Assembly (NCBI RefSeq): GCF_006345805.1
Contig: NC_043002.1
Coordinates: forward strand, 2,232,001 to 2,296,000
DNA length: 64,000 bases
Reading direction: 5' to 3'
Source of the DNA: Octopus sinensis
Lineage: Eukaryota
Made by a program: the position numbers and the translations under genes. Shown piece by piece: positions 26,943 to 40,748 of this stretch. The stretch's first letter is position 1. The number at the start of each line of letters is the position of its first letter. The notes under the pieces were generated by a model. It was given only the letters and a program-made list of their open reading frames with translations, ran no database searches and had not been told where the DNA came from.

Positions 26943-28732
26943 GTTCTTTTCATTTGCAAAAAAACACAGAGTCACTGGTTCTACTGTTGGCCCTCTGACT
27001 GATGAAAATGGTACTCTTCAAGACAATGCCAAAACCATGGGAGAGATATTGCAGAAACAATATTGCTCTGTTTTCAGCAATCCTGATATGACTGATCTGG
27101 GCTGTATCAGTGATGTTACTCCCCAATACACTTTATCGGACATAACCTTTGGCGCTCCTGATGTCTTAGCAGCAATAAAGGAAATGAAGCATAATTCAGC
27201 AGTAGGTCCCGATAGGTTCCCTGCTTGTGTCTTGAAGATGTGTCAAAACCAACTTGCACCCCCTCTAGCCAATCTGTGGCGGAACTCACTGGATGCTGGC
27301 TATATACCAGAAGACCTTCTATCCCAGTCTGTTGTCCCAGTTTTCAAAAAAGGAAACAAATCGCTTGCCGTGAATTACCGTCCAATCTCACTCACCTCTC
27401 ATATCATTAAGGTATTTGAGAGAGTGCTGAGATCGTGTATGACTCACTTCCTTGAGAGTCATAATATGCTGAACTCCAACCAGCATGGATTCCGTAATGG
27501 GAGAGATTGTCTGACGCAGCTACTGCATCATTTTGATGACATTTTGAGAGCTTTGGGAGAGGGTTCCAACACTGATGTCATCTACCTTGATTTCAGCAAG
27601 GCCTTTGACAGGGTTGATCATAAGATCCTTCTGAGAAAGCTGTCCAATATTGGTGTCACTGGAAAGCTGCTGCAATGGATCAAGTGCTTCCTGTCTAACA
27701 GAACCCAACATGTTGTAGTCGAAGGAGTCAAATCCAGCCCAGCCAAAGTCAGCAGTGGTGTCCCACAAGGCACTGTGTTGGGCCCACTTCTCTTCATCAT
27801 CTACATAAATGATATTACTGACACCATCAAACACAGTAACATCAGAACCTTTGCTGATGATTCCAAGCTCCAGGTCATCAATGGCGTGGATGACCGAATA
27901 AGCCTTCAGTCAGACCTACTGGCTGTTGTCCAATGGGCGGAAAAGAATAACATGTTGCTAAATGAAGACAAATTCGAACTGATCCACTTTGGAAGGGAGG
28001 ACGCTCTGATACTTCCATACTCTCTTCCTTCTGGAGAAATTCTCATGGCATCCAACAACATCAGAGACTTGGGAGTAACAGTGGACAACAACATAAGCTG
28101 GGCTACACATATAAGCAGCAAAGTTGACATGGCCCGCAGCATGTGTTCCTGGATTCTCAGAACCTTCCAGTCAAGAGATTCCCACGCTATTATCTTTCTC
28201 TTCTCCACTTTTGCCCGACCCCACCTTGAATACTGCTGTCCACTGTGGTCTCTCTACACAAAACAAAATATCATGAGAATTGAAGCTCCCCAAAGGTCAA
28301 TCACAAAAAAGATAGATGGCATGTCAGACCTTGACTACTGGGGTAGACTAGAGAAGCTGAAATTGTATTCACTCCAACGACGCCGTGAACGCTACATTAT
28401 CTGTATGATGTGGAAAATATTCCATCAGCACTCCGAATGATGTTGGCATCACCTTCAAAATACATCCAAGGCTTGGACCACGTGCCATCCGTCCACAACA
28501 AAACTCTAAATCGCATCACATAACGACAATACGGCACAACTATTTCACCTCAATTGGACCCGCTCTCTTCAACATTACACCAGGACACGTCAAAAAAGAA
28601 ACTAACCACACAAAATTCAAGAAGTCTTTGGACAAATTCCTTCAAACAATCTCGGACAAATCACCCACACCCGGATATGTCTCCGCAAACAATAACTCTC
28701 TGCTCGAATGGGCCTTGGTGCCCAAATCCTGA
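26941..28732 (+). pseudogene. CR1-type ORF2 reverse transcriptase (499-codon open part, frameshift near 28435)
   Basis: NYRPISLTS; QHGFRNGRDCLTQL; YLDFSKAFDRVDH; SGVPQGTVLGPLLFIIYIND; FADDSKL; RPHLEYCCPLWS; SLQRRRERY. Confidence 0.92.
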
Positions 28733-28820
28733 ATTGAAAGACTTCGCCAGGTGGTGCTATTAAGTTAGACATGGCCTGGGCCAATACTGGCCAAAACCTT
28801 TCTAAGTTATTCTAAGTTAT
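26941..28820 (+). mobile_element. 5'-truncated CR1-clade LINE inserted in (TA)n
   Basis: RT ORF plus 3' UTR ending in the short tandem (TTCTAAGTTA)2; (TA)n on both sides. Confidence 0.9.
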
Positions 28821-29064
28821 ATATATATATATATAAATCATTATTTCTAAATTTCTGGACGAGAAAGTTTCAGTAACAGTATTATAGAATAAAGATTATT
28901 TGTCAAGATAGTGTGGCAAACCTGATTAGGACACTGTTACTATTATTTAGCCCCAGGAAACATCGTCTCCAGCTGACTATCGACGCACTATCTGCGTCCT
29001 TATATTTTCGAACATGTATATGTATGCATGTATGTAAATATGTACATATATATACATATATATA

Positions 29065-29136
<72 letters not shown>

Positions 29137-30204
29137 TGCTTAAACCTTTCAGCAGGATCGTTTTAAAGGATATCTTCAAAGGCAATATCCACAGCAGATA
29201 GCACGTAGATGTTTTATCTATAAAGATTTATTTCAACTAAAAATGTATCAACTGTTACTGTTTCTCTCTTAGTGACAAACATTAAACAAATACAGTACCA
29301 AGAGACATCTGATGCCAAACATACTGAAAATAATTCTTATTCCATTCTTTCCTTATCAATAAAAATTTGGTGATGCTCTTAAAGATTGCCTGGTTTTGCT
29401 TTAGAAGCTGAAATACTTGAAATCCCTGTAAGTGTTACTGCCTCCTCTTTGGGGCGGTTTAAACCCAAGCTCTAAGGTACCTTCTCTGATTCTAAGATGA
29501 TAATTGGATTTATTATATCATATCGGATTATTCTAGTTTTAAGAAGATTATTTTATCATCATCCGTTGAAATATCAGATTCTGAAAATGTATTTCTCGTT
29601 GATTTTATTTTAGTTATACGAATTCCATTATATTTCTTGGATTTTCAATTCTTTCACTTCATTACTGCTACTTTGGAACATTAACATTCTACGAATCCAA
29701 AAACTTGCTGATAAATATTTTTGCAAACGCGGTAAATTTCTCTACAATCCCGATGACATTACTGAGGTGGCGTTCGAGGATCGAAACAATATTGATTCTG
29801 GGAAGGGTGTTACACTTTTTATACCTCTATTAATTTGATTTCTATATTGGATTGTCGTGGTTATGAAGTAAGAACATAAAATATGACGTAACAACTTTAT
29901 ACGTGAACATAATAACAATCAATTATGACAGAAACGCTAGCACCAAATTAGGTTCAGTAGAGCGTCGTCGTCTCACCCAGATTGTTAATTTCCTCCATCC
30001 GTACAAACATGGAGGTTTTATGTGACGAACGAATGAGACTATTAACATTCATGTCTTGCTTAAAGACATTAGAGATGGAAAGGGAGCGGCCGGAAAATCA
30101 ATAGAATACTAATTTACATAAATATGTTTATGCTGGTGATAGACATACAGACTCACAAGCACGCAAACACGACCATACACACACATGCACACACACACAC
30201 ACAC

Positions 30205-30266
<62 letters not shown>

Positions 30267-30380
30267 GTATGTATATATATATATATGCATACATACATGC
30301 ATACATATATACATATACGCACACACACATATACATACATACATATATACACACACACAGATACACACACACACACACAT

Positions 30381-30420
<40 letters not shown>

Positions 30421-31177
30421 GTAAAAGTAATATGTGACAATTATTCGGTAGCCAAGATAAAACTCCGGGTTTCGGATGCCGAGGTGGAAATCCACGCCAC
30501 CATCTCTTCCTCTATTTACATAATATTGAGGTCTCTTTCTTTTGTTATCTTACCGTTTTTATCAATATATATATATAGCAGACGCCCGACCTTAGTGTTC
30601 CCACTGAACATGGTGGAAAGCCGATCCCATTCACTAAGTCTACTCACAAATTTTCTGCATTTAACGAGCAACATTTTAATATATTAATATTTCTTTATTT
30701 TAATATATTAATATTTCTTTATGTGAGGGAAGTGAGCTGTCAGAATCTTTACCACGCCGAGAAGAATGCTGTTTCATCCATCTTTATTTTGATTTCAAAT
30801 TCCGCCGCGGTTGATTTTGTCTTTCATCCTTTCACGGTCATAAAATAGGTATCAGTCATGTACTGGGGATCAAAGTATCCGACTTGCTTCTCCCGCGAAA
30901 TTGCTGGCCTTGCACCAAAATTTGGAACCAATATTTCATAATGTGTAACCGATTTACAAAAAGGACTCGAACTTTCACTGCTATTCTTATTGACACGCGG
31001 ATGGTGGGCGTCACGGATTTCTTATTTACTATCAACTATACAGACAATTCAGATTTCATTTGTATATGCATACGCGTATATAGGTGTATGTATGTAGGTA
31101 TGTATGCTGTATGTATATATATATTATATACATACATATATATACATATACACACACATACACACACACACATACAA

Positions 31178-31222
<45 letters not shown>

Positions 31223-31717
31223 GCCCAGGCATAATATACGCATACATATATGATGTATGCACACACACACATACAAAACTCTATCGATGGTAAATAACTC
31301 TAATGATATAAATTTTGATGACTAAAGAAGATGGTGATGTAATGATTAAAAATATGTGATGAATGAGACGAAAGATTGACCAAACCTGTCTCATAACAAA
31401 AACCATATTTTCTACGAACTTTCAACCATGGAAATTCAATTTACTCTGATATTAGATCTAATCTCCTCATACTCGATCTCCTTCTCTTTCAAAACTGCTC
31501 ATAATTTTGCCAGTAAAGTTCTCTGTGTTCTTTCTACCGTCCAAGAGGTCAATTTCAACAGACAGACATTTTACGCATCAGCATTCAGTACCACATCATC
31601 TACTGAAGTGTGTGTCTATGCGTGTGTGTGCGTGTGCACGCGCGCGTGTGTGGAGGGTCTGTGCTTGTGTGTGTGTGTATGTGTATTTGATGTGATATAT
31701 GAAATTAGTTAAGGTTT

Positions 31718-31860
31718 GGGCGCGTGGTGTAGTGGTTAGGGTGTTGCAATCACAATGATGAGATCGTGGGTTCGGCTCCCCAGAGCGAGCGGTGTGTTGT
31801 GTGTCTTTTTTAGCAAAACACTTCGCTTCAGGTCGGGCTCTGATAACCTCGACATCTGAT
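31718..31860 (+). mobile_element. tRNA-derived SINE head
   Basis: GGCGCGTGGTGTAGTGGTTAGGG (A box) ..GTGGGTTCGGCTCCC (B box); similar head at 40756-40820. Confidence 0.65.
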
Positions 31861-32518
31861 TGTGTATCTCTCCAGACGTTGATTTGATTGAAGGACTGAG
31901 CTAAGGTTCACCAGAATTAGTTGATCAATATAAACATATTTCTAGTTTCATTTTAAATTCGTAAAAGCACACAACACCAACCAATGTAGGCAACAACTAT
32001 ATATCCTCTTCCATATATAAATCGGTAACTTAACCATCTCACACACAAACACACACAGTCCTTCCCTCCCTCTCGCTCATCCTTTACCTCATACCTAAAT
32101 ATCCCTTCCATCTAAATTCTTTATATTCGAGAATCTACCCACCTCCTCTCACTTCCTTCTTCCTAGGCATTCACTGAAAACCTCGTCCAATTCCTCTCGC
32201 ATTCTCTAACAATTTAAGTGTACTATGAGCAATACTAATTTCACCCAGACCAAATATATATTATATTACATTATATTATATATTATGTATTATATATAAT
32301 TCAATGAGTGAATTCGGTGGCGTGTACCAACGAATAAATTCCCGAGCAGAAAAATGTAATCATTTTTTAACATTTCTTAACTCATATAAAACAGAAATGT
32401 GGTGATAATATGAAAATCAATATCTACGTTAACTGGTATTAATCTATTAAAAACTACCAGGGAACGTTCATGTTCCATTACTACAATCTATATCTATATA
32501 CCGATGTGCATATATAAG

Positions 32519-32591
<73 letters not shown>

Positions 32592-32855
32592 ACGTGTGTG
32601 TGTGTATGTTTGTGTGTGTGTGTATGCTTTTAAATATATACATGTAATAGATGTACATATGCATACAAATATATATATTGATATATAAGTATACATACAC
32701 ATATGTGTGTGTATATATATATATATATATATAATATATATATATATATACATATATATACTTATCAGCATCTAAATTTATATATATATATATGTTTATA
32801 TATGTATGTGCATATGTATATCGTATGTACATGCGTATACATATATGTATATGTA

Positions 32856-32899
<44 letters not shown>

Positions 32900-32903
32900 A
32901 TAT

Positions 32904-32937
<34 letters not shown>

Positions 32938-32938
32938 G

Positions 32939-32998
<60 letters not shown>

Positions 32999-33056
32999 TG
33001 TGCACGTATATGTACATATGTATATATGCATATATATATATATATTTATATACATA

Positions 33057-33120
<64 letters not shown>

Positions 33121-33853
33121 CCTATGTATGTACGTTGCATTTTATGAGTGTGTCGTCTCGGTGGTTTTTGTTTCATGAATAATGGAGTGAATCCCCTGAG
33201 CTTATTTTCAATTTTCCGTCCAACTGTTTAACTGACGCAGACCAATTCCATCCCTAATGTATACTTAAGATTAATTACTGACCGTTATATTGATTAGTTA
33301 TTTCATATTCATAATTGATTAATTATCCTTTGTCATTTCTACTCATGATATATCTTCCAAATAGTTAACAGAAAAAATCGATTTATCGAATCGAGTCTAA
33401 AGAATGGCAACCAATTATTATCATTTTCTTGTTTCTTTAAATATTTACCTGACACGATGCTAGACGAAGAAGAACAACGGTAATTTTATACAATAAACGC
33501 AAATAACTCTGTAGAATTCGGTGCATGTTTCTTACTTGGTTGTGCTGCGAATAATCAAATAAGTTCGAACTCGCCAAAGTAATTCTAAATATATATTGTT
33601 TCTTAAAAATATAGAAAAGTCTTCAGGCATTTCCTAATTTGGATTTTTTTTTCTTTTATTTATGGTGTATTTTTATTCTCCTTAATTTCTCTTCACAGCA
33701 ACTTTTTTCATTGATACGAATAACTTTTCAGTTCTAAAATATATTTTATTACGGAAAAGTTCTTCACTTCTTCCCACACTTTCCCAACGCATATTTCACA
33801 AGTTCAAAGGGAACGTGTTTCTAATTCGATTGACAGTAATTAAAGTGGGGTAA

Positions 33854-34889
33854 ATGAAACATGCTTCTTTTGTATTATTTCTGCTATTCCTTACAATTGC
33901 TGACACTGAACATTATTTTCCGAAATCAGAATATTTTAATTGAATATCTTCCGAGTAAAGACACTTTAGGATTACATTTTTCTGTAGTTTCGTTCATTTA
34001 ACAAGAATTCAACTAGGAAACACCTAACTGTTTGTTGAGAACTTACCGAAATACCATGCAGTGCTATGTTTCAACTTCAATCTTCATAATGTAGATTTCC
34101 ACCCAGTTCATTAACATCTGATTACGGCAAACAAATCTAACGCACCTAGTAATTGTTGGCTTATGTCCAATAATATAGTTCCGTAGTAAAGAGTTTATTC
34201 AAGCAAGACCATCGTTACACGAGATCCTTATTCAACTGGATAACCGACTTGCTGTCGTTGTGACTATCAGGGCTGAGTCATATGACACTCTAAGTATTGA
34301 AGACCTTGAAATATTGCTACAACATGTCTTCTGTCGTAGGATTTCGCGACTGATCTTCACTAACGATTGGTTTACCGATTTGAAAGCTATGCACACTTGT
34401 TATAAAAGCCACAGACGTTCACAGCAGAAACCAGTTCCACTTGTAGAATCGAATTATTCTTCAGGTAAACGTCAGCTGCTCTTCTAAAAGCCAGCTTCAC
34501 TTGAGATGTTGTATTCAAGGATGGTAAAGAATTTCCACTACGCAAATATTCTCAAAATAAAAGAAATGAACGATGCTCAATTTGCATATGAGAATTATTT
34601 ATATTTCTTAAAATGGTGTACATCTACAAATCTTCTAAAGAATATTTCTCGAAGCATTAGAATTATCTTAAACAAAAGTCTAAGAAGAGCAAAGAATATA
34701 GAGTTCAAGCGGATATCAACGAAACAAAGAACTCTCCGAATACGTATGTGTCTATCAATTATCGTTACACCCGATGAAACAAACAATAAATATCTTTATT
34801 TCTTTGAGGAAACGCGTATTTTTCCTTTTAAAATTGTTGAAATTATTTTCAAGTTTTCAAAGACAGAAGAATTACAAAAGGAAATATGA
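33854..34889 (+). pseudogene. Possible decayed secreted LRR / Toll-like-receptor-like gene
   Basis: Signal-peptide-like MKHASFVLFLLFLTIADT after a plausible GT-AG intron (33480-33698); LRR-like LTEIPCSAMFQLQS and TNLTHLVIVGL; 34179-34889 in one frame with a single stop; LRRCT-like YLYFLKWCTSTN. Motif matches judged by eye only. Confidence 0.3.
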
Positions 34890-35295
34890 AGCAAGAGAGA
34901 AAACATATCGTCATTAAACTAGAAACTCTTATAAAACTGTTTTCCTTGTTCCTCTCCCGTCTACGAACACATAATGGAGCCATTGTTACCTTCAATTGTC
35001 TGTAGTGCAACAACAGATAGGCTGAGTGGGGTTGAAGAGAATGATCACTGAATAGAGCAGCAGTGGTGGCAATGTTGTGTGATAATTAGCATAGAGTAAG
35101 TGAGCGTAGGAATAATGTGTTTGATAATAGATGTCGTGTGAACAAGAGCGGTGTGAATAGAGGCGTAGGAAATGGAGACTCATTTGAGTGGTTGAAGTAG
35201 AGGTTATTTTCGAGTCATAGCACGGAATAGCTTTCAAAGTAACTGAAAGAATGGCTGTAGACATATCGTGAAGTAATGATAGCCAAGAGACACAG

Positions 35296-35327
<32 letters not shown>

Positions 35328-35419
35328 TATTCCGACATGTCCGCACTATTCTCAACAAGTTGTTTAATTCTCTGTAAGATCCTCGTTGTCGTCTGGTTTT
35401 GTAATATTAGGATATTTAG

Positions 35420-36380
35420 AAGGTGGTGAGCTGGCAGAAACGTTAGCACACCGGGCGAAATGCTTACCAGTATTTCGTCTGCCGCTACGTTCTGAGTTCA
35501 AATTCCGCCGGGGGTCGATTAAATAAGTACCAGTGACGCACTAGGGTCGATATAATCGACTTAATCCGTTTGTCTGTCCTTGTTCGTCCCCTCGGTGTTT
35601 AGCCCCTTGTGCGTAGTAAAGAAATAGGTATTTCGTCTGTCTATACGTTGTGAGTTCAAATTCCGCCGGGGTCAACTTTACCTTTCATCCTTTCGGGGTC
35701 GATAAATTTAATCGATCCCGAAAGGATAAAAGGCAAAGTCGACCTCAGCGGAATTTGAACTCAGAACGTAACGGCAGACGAAATACCGCTAAGCATTTCG
35801 TCCGGCGTGCTAACGTTTCTTATTTCTTTATTGCCCTCGGGGGGTGGGCAATAAAGAAATTTATAGGGGAGAAACAAGGACAGCCTAATGGATTAAGTCG
35901 ATTACATCTACACCAGTGCGTAACTGCTACTTAATTTATCAACCCCTAATGGATGAAAGGCAAAGTCGACTTCGGCGGAATTTGAACTCAGAACGTAACG
36001 GCAGACGAAATACCTATTTTTTTACTGCCCACAAGGGGCTACACACAGAGGGGACAAACAAGGACAGACAAACGGATTAAGTCGATTATATCGACCCCAG
36101 TGCGTAACTGGTACTTATTTAATCGACCCCGAAAGGACGAAAGGCAAAGTTGACCTCGGCGGATTTTTAACTCGGAACATAGCGGCAGACGAAATACCTA
36201 TTTCTTTACTACCCACAAGGGGCTAAACACAGAGAGGACAAACAAGAACAGACAAACGGATTAAGTCGATTATATCGACCTCAGTGCGTGACTGGTACTT
36301 AATTTATTAACTCCGAAAGGATGACAGGCTAAGTCAACCTCGGCGGAATTTAAATTCAGAAAGTTATGGCAGACGAAATA
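35420..36380. repeat. Tandem and inverted array of a tRNA-derived SINE
   Basis: Plus-strand copies 35420-35706 (GGTGAGCTGGCAGAAACG.., B-box-like GAGTTCAAATTCC), inversion near 35707, then minus-strand copies with a 184-bp period (GACGAAATA at 36004, 36188, 36372). Confidence 0.9.
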
Positions 36381-37074
36381 AGGCACGTTGCCTTAGTAGA
36401 AAAGAATATTAAGATATATATGAAAATTCTGGAAGGACTTAAACGATTCTATGAGTGAAGGTTAGTAAACTCTGGTGGAATATATTATAGATGGTTCCGA
36501 TGAAGTTTATTTTTACTCCAATAAAAGTATACAGACGCCTAGAGATCGATTTACTCCTATCATTAATATGTACAGTTCGATGTTTATTAAGATACACAAT
36601 AATATATAAAAATTAGTATTAGCACGGAAAGCGAATGGTAATATTTATGTCTTACTTAATGTGAGTGTAGAGTTAGAAGAGCGATTATTGCGATATTTGT
36701 GATCAGAAAATTTCTCAAATACACGCATGGAGTCACAAATAGCCAGTAAGCATTTTGAAGGAAAGAAAGGAAAGGCGGAGAAAGTACATAAGCAATTTGT
36801 TACGAAGCATGTTTAAAACAAGACAAACAGCTAAGCGCAAACATATACATAAAGTTTGAATAAAGTTTAAATTCTTCAGTCTCTTCATTTTGATGTTGTT
36901 CTTTAGACTCTAAGTAGCCAAGAAATAAACTGGAACATCGGAAGAGAGCCGAAGGCAGATTACCAAAAGACGAACTATCGGAAGGAACCAGCCTTGGTAT
37001 TTTACTCTCAGAAAATCGGTTTCTGCCTGGATATCATATCCCTACTCTAAATATGTGTGTGTATGTCTGTGTGC

Positions 37075-37134
<60 letters not shown>

Positions 37135-37165
37135 CAAAATAATCAACAAGGATATCCAGAGGTAA

Positions 37166-37252
37166 TGCAGTACGATCGTTTCATGTAACTCCATTTAACT
37201 GAACAATGCAATCATTACATCAATTTAAAATGCAGAGCAATCCTCAGCTGCA
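37166..37252 (-). ncRNA. Type I hammerhead motif with long stem II insertion
   Basis: UGCAG CUGAGGA [58-nt imperfect hairpin] GAAA CGAUCG UA / CUGCA: perfect 5-bp stem I, stem III palindrome ACGAUCGU. Confidence 0.75.
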
Positions 37253-37365
37253 CAAAGATATAGAGTTTAATTAAATTAGAACAGATGAACACATTAGTAT
37301 AATTATACCTAAAATCTCCAAGAAGTTAAAGAGATAGACAAAGAACATGTCTCCATTTCAGCTAC

Positions 37366-37432
<67 letters not shown>

Positions 37433-37534
37433 TATATATATATAAAGGGCTAAAAAATCTACTCATCTGGCTTTGGTCGATCCGAGGCTATAGAAGACAC
37501 TTGCCCAAGGTGCCGTGCAGTGGGACTGAACCTG

Positions 37535-37600
<66 letters not shown>

Positions 37601-38478
37601 TCCAATGTACGTATAATCATTGCTATTTTCGTGAGTTAATCCAAAACAACACATATTAGGGAAACATAATCAAATGATGCATTCCCACCACGACCTTCTC
37701 AACTTCTCAAACAGTTTATCTCAGACTACATTAGCCAATATATCATTCCGTCACTTTTTCAAAAGACGGTTACGTGGAATATTGGAACCTTCGGTTTCTA
37801 TTTCTAGCGAGTCACTGTCCTACAAAGAATTTCTCTCACTGATTGTCCAAATAATCAGTAACTGACCCTGGAGCGAGATGTGAAGAAACATTGACCCGAT
37901 GCTAATTGAACGCAGAATCTACAATAATGATACCAAATTATTTCATCAAATTTCCAATCTTTTCTGCCAATTCCGTATAAACTAAAGCAATTTATATTAA
38001 CTGGGATAAATTGATATTAACGGTGATAAATGAATAAATAATAGAGGCAGTGAGGCGCAGTTCTTTACTTCTTCGTTTATTCAGCTAATCTGCATTAAAC
38101 GCCATTCCTATCTGTTCATTAAATAAACATATTTTATCAGAAATAAACTCAGTCATTTATCATTGAAGGTGCAAATTTTTCAAGCACTAATTACATTTAC
38201 TATCATACTTGCATGTCATTTATTTATGGCATATGTATTACGAGGTGATGAATTATTAGATCTGTTCTCTTCGTCTCACGTTCTCATTATACAGTTTTGC
38301 TTCCATCTGTTTTTATCTTTTCATATCTACTACGCACATACATACACATACACACACACACATGCATATATATTTATAATATAATATAATATACACACAA
38401 TCATATATATATATAAATTTAGCGGGACTGAACCTAGAAGAACATGAGTGAGAAGCAAAATTTATGTATGTATGTATT

Positions 38479-38717
<239 letters not shown>

Positions 38718-40574
38718 TACAGACAGACAGGTAGATAGATAGTTAGCCATGATAAATGAAGCTCTGGTGTGTGTGATTGTGTTGGTATACAAACTTGTGT
38801 TTGTGTTTGCATTTGTTTTGCAAACATCATTTGATGAGGTTTTTTTTTTCACGAAACAAACCGAATTAGCGAGAGATAAAATAGGAGTCTGTGCAAATTT
38901 AAATTTACAGAACTTGTTAGTTTTTCACTCACGATTCATCTCTATTTTAAAGACTCTCAGAATTCATTTATATATATGTGTGTGTGTGTGTGTGTGACTT
39001 TGTGTGTGTGTGTGTATGGTCTCTGTGCGCGCAGGTATATGTGTGCATGTATGTGTGTGTGCGTGTTTGTGTGTGTGTGTGTGTGTAAGTGTGTTCTCAG
39101 CTGTTTACCTTGTCTTAAACATGTTTCGTAACAAATTAGTCGCTTTCTCCGCCCTTCTCTTTCTTTTCTTCTCTTCAAACAAATAAAAACAAAAAACAAA
39201 GAAAATGTCGATTATTGGTTTCTTGCAGAAACGTGACTTGTTTGAGAAAGAAATGTTCCAGTTGTCAGATTCCATTCGTTTATTATTATATTTCAGGCGA
39301 CAACATTTGTCCAAAATTTGTTTTGTTGACCTCAATAATTTATTTCGTAATTTAACCAATTACAATATATCGGAGCATTTGTCAAACGGAGACTGTAAAC
39401 ACTCTCATGATTCGGTACGGTTTTTATTCTCCATTCTATTGATAAATGGACATCTTCTCCAACTCTATCCTTCTCTATTTGTCTTCTTGATTTCTACTAA
39501 ATGCATTTGTTCAACAGAAGTTCGAATACGTTGGTACCATTATCTCCTTAGCGAAAATAAAACACAATAGCAGTCATGTGCTGGTGTAGATGGTATCAAC
39601 CAGCCCTTTTCCATCAAAATTACAAGCCTAGCGGCTAAATTAGAACCGTTATCTCTCTAATGAAAAATTTAATTTTTTCCTTCCCACGCTATTTCCTATG
39701 TAATAATTTAAAATTTCGCATCATCATCACGTTGTCACAAACAATTTTCATTAAATAAAATGAGAGCATAAAAGTATTAAACACTTTTTTGTTGCTGAGG
39801 AATAATCTGCAAGAGAAATTCGAATGTCAGTTTAATACTTGTGTATCGTGTGTTTAATACTGTTGCATCATATTTAATGCTTTTGTGTCGTCTGTTTAAT
39901 ACTTGTGTATCGTCTGCGTAAGGATTACATATCTTCTAACTCTCAATGTTTATCATGCCAGTAATATTGTTGCATTGAAAGTTTAATGTGTTAATCCAAT
40001 TACTTACCAATTCCAGAAGAATTCAATGATGTTAATTTGTGATAGCAGCTGTGTAACATGAGAAAAATCTATCTTTCAATCATTTAATGATTCTGAATCT
40101 AGGAATAACCTAATTTCTCGATCGGTCACAATGACTCGCAAAAGAATTTCAAGCAACGAAATGGAACTAACAATGTTATCGGCGGCGGCGCTGCTCACAA
40201 ACACTACACAAGACCTTTCTTATTCTCCGTTTTGTGTTTTGTTTTGTTTTGTTGTTGTTGGTTTTTGTTGTTGTTGTTGTTGTTGTTGTTAGAGCCATGT
40301 TTAGTTGCCATTTTGTAAACCTAGCTTCATGATTCTTTTAGCTCCTCGTAATCCTTAATTGAAGAGACTCCAATAATCAGATGTGATCGTGCGTGATTAC
40401 CTTCCCTTTTATGTGCAAGTCTATCTAGGACTGCATCAGTAGATATGTTCTGTCTTCCTTTCTTTTCTTCTTTTTCTTAGTCACTGGGGCATAACTAAAG
40501 TGAAATTTAGCTACTATTTCTGGTTTATAGGTCAATCATATAATCTTCCTTGCCGGCTCATTTAGTTAGCTAGT

Positions 40575-40620
<46 letters not shown>

Positions 40621-40646
40621 GGTGGTGGTGGTGGTGGTGGTAGTGA

Positions 40647-40689
<43 letters not shown>

Positions 40690-40696
40690 GGTGGTG

Positions 40697-40748
<52 letters not shown>

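Noticed and set aside
29245-29810. MYQLLLFLS start, a 23-nt AG..GTAAGT micro-exon, and ILVIRIPL (envelope-like) fragments
   Set aside because: Frames are short and inconsistent; no family can be supported by eye.
34990-35245. Minus-strand LRSLTL*LSHNI LRR-like text with good splice signals
   Set aside because: Needs read-through of stops; L/S/N/I-rich matches arise easily in AT-rich DNA.
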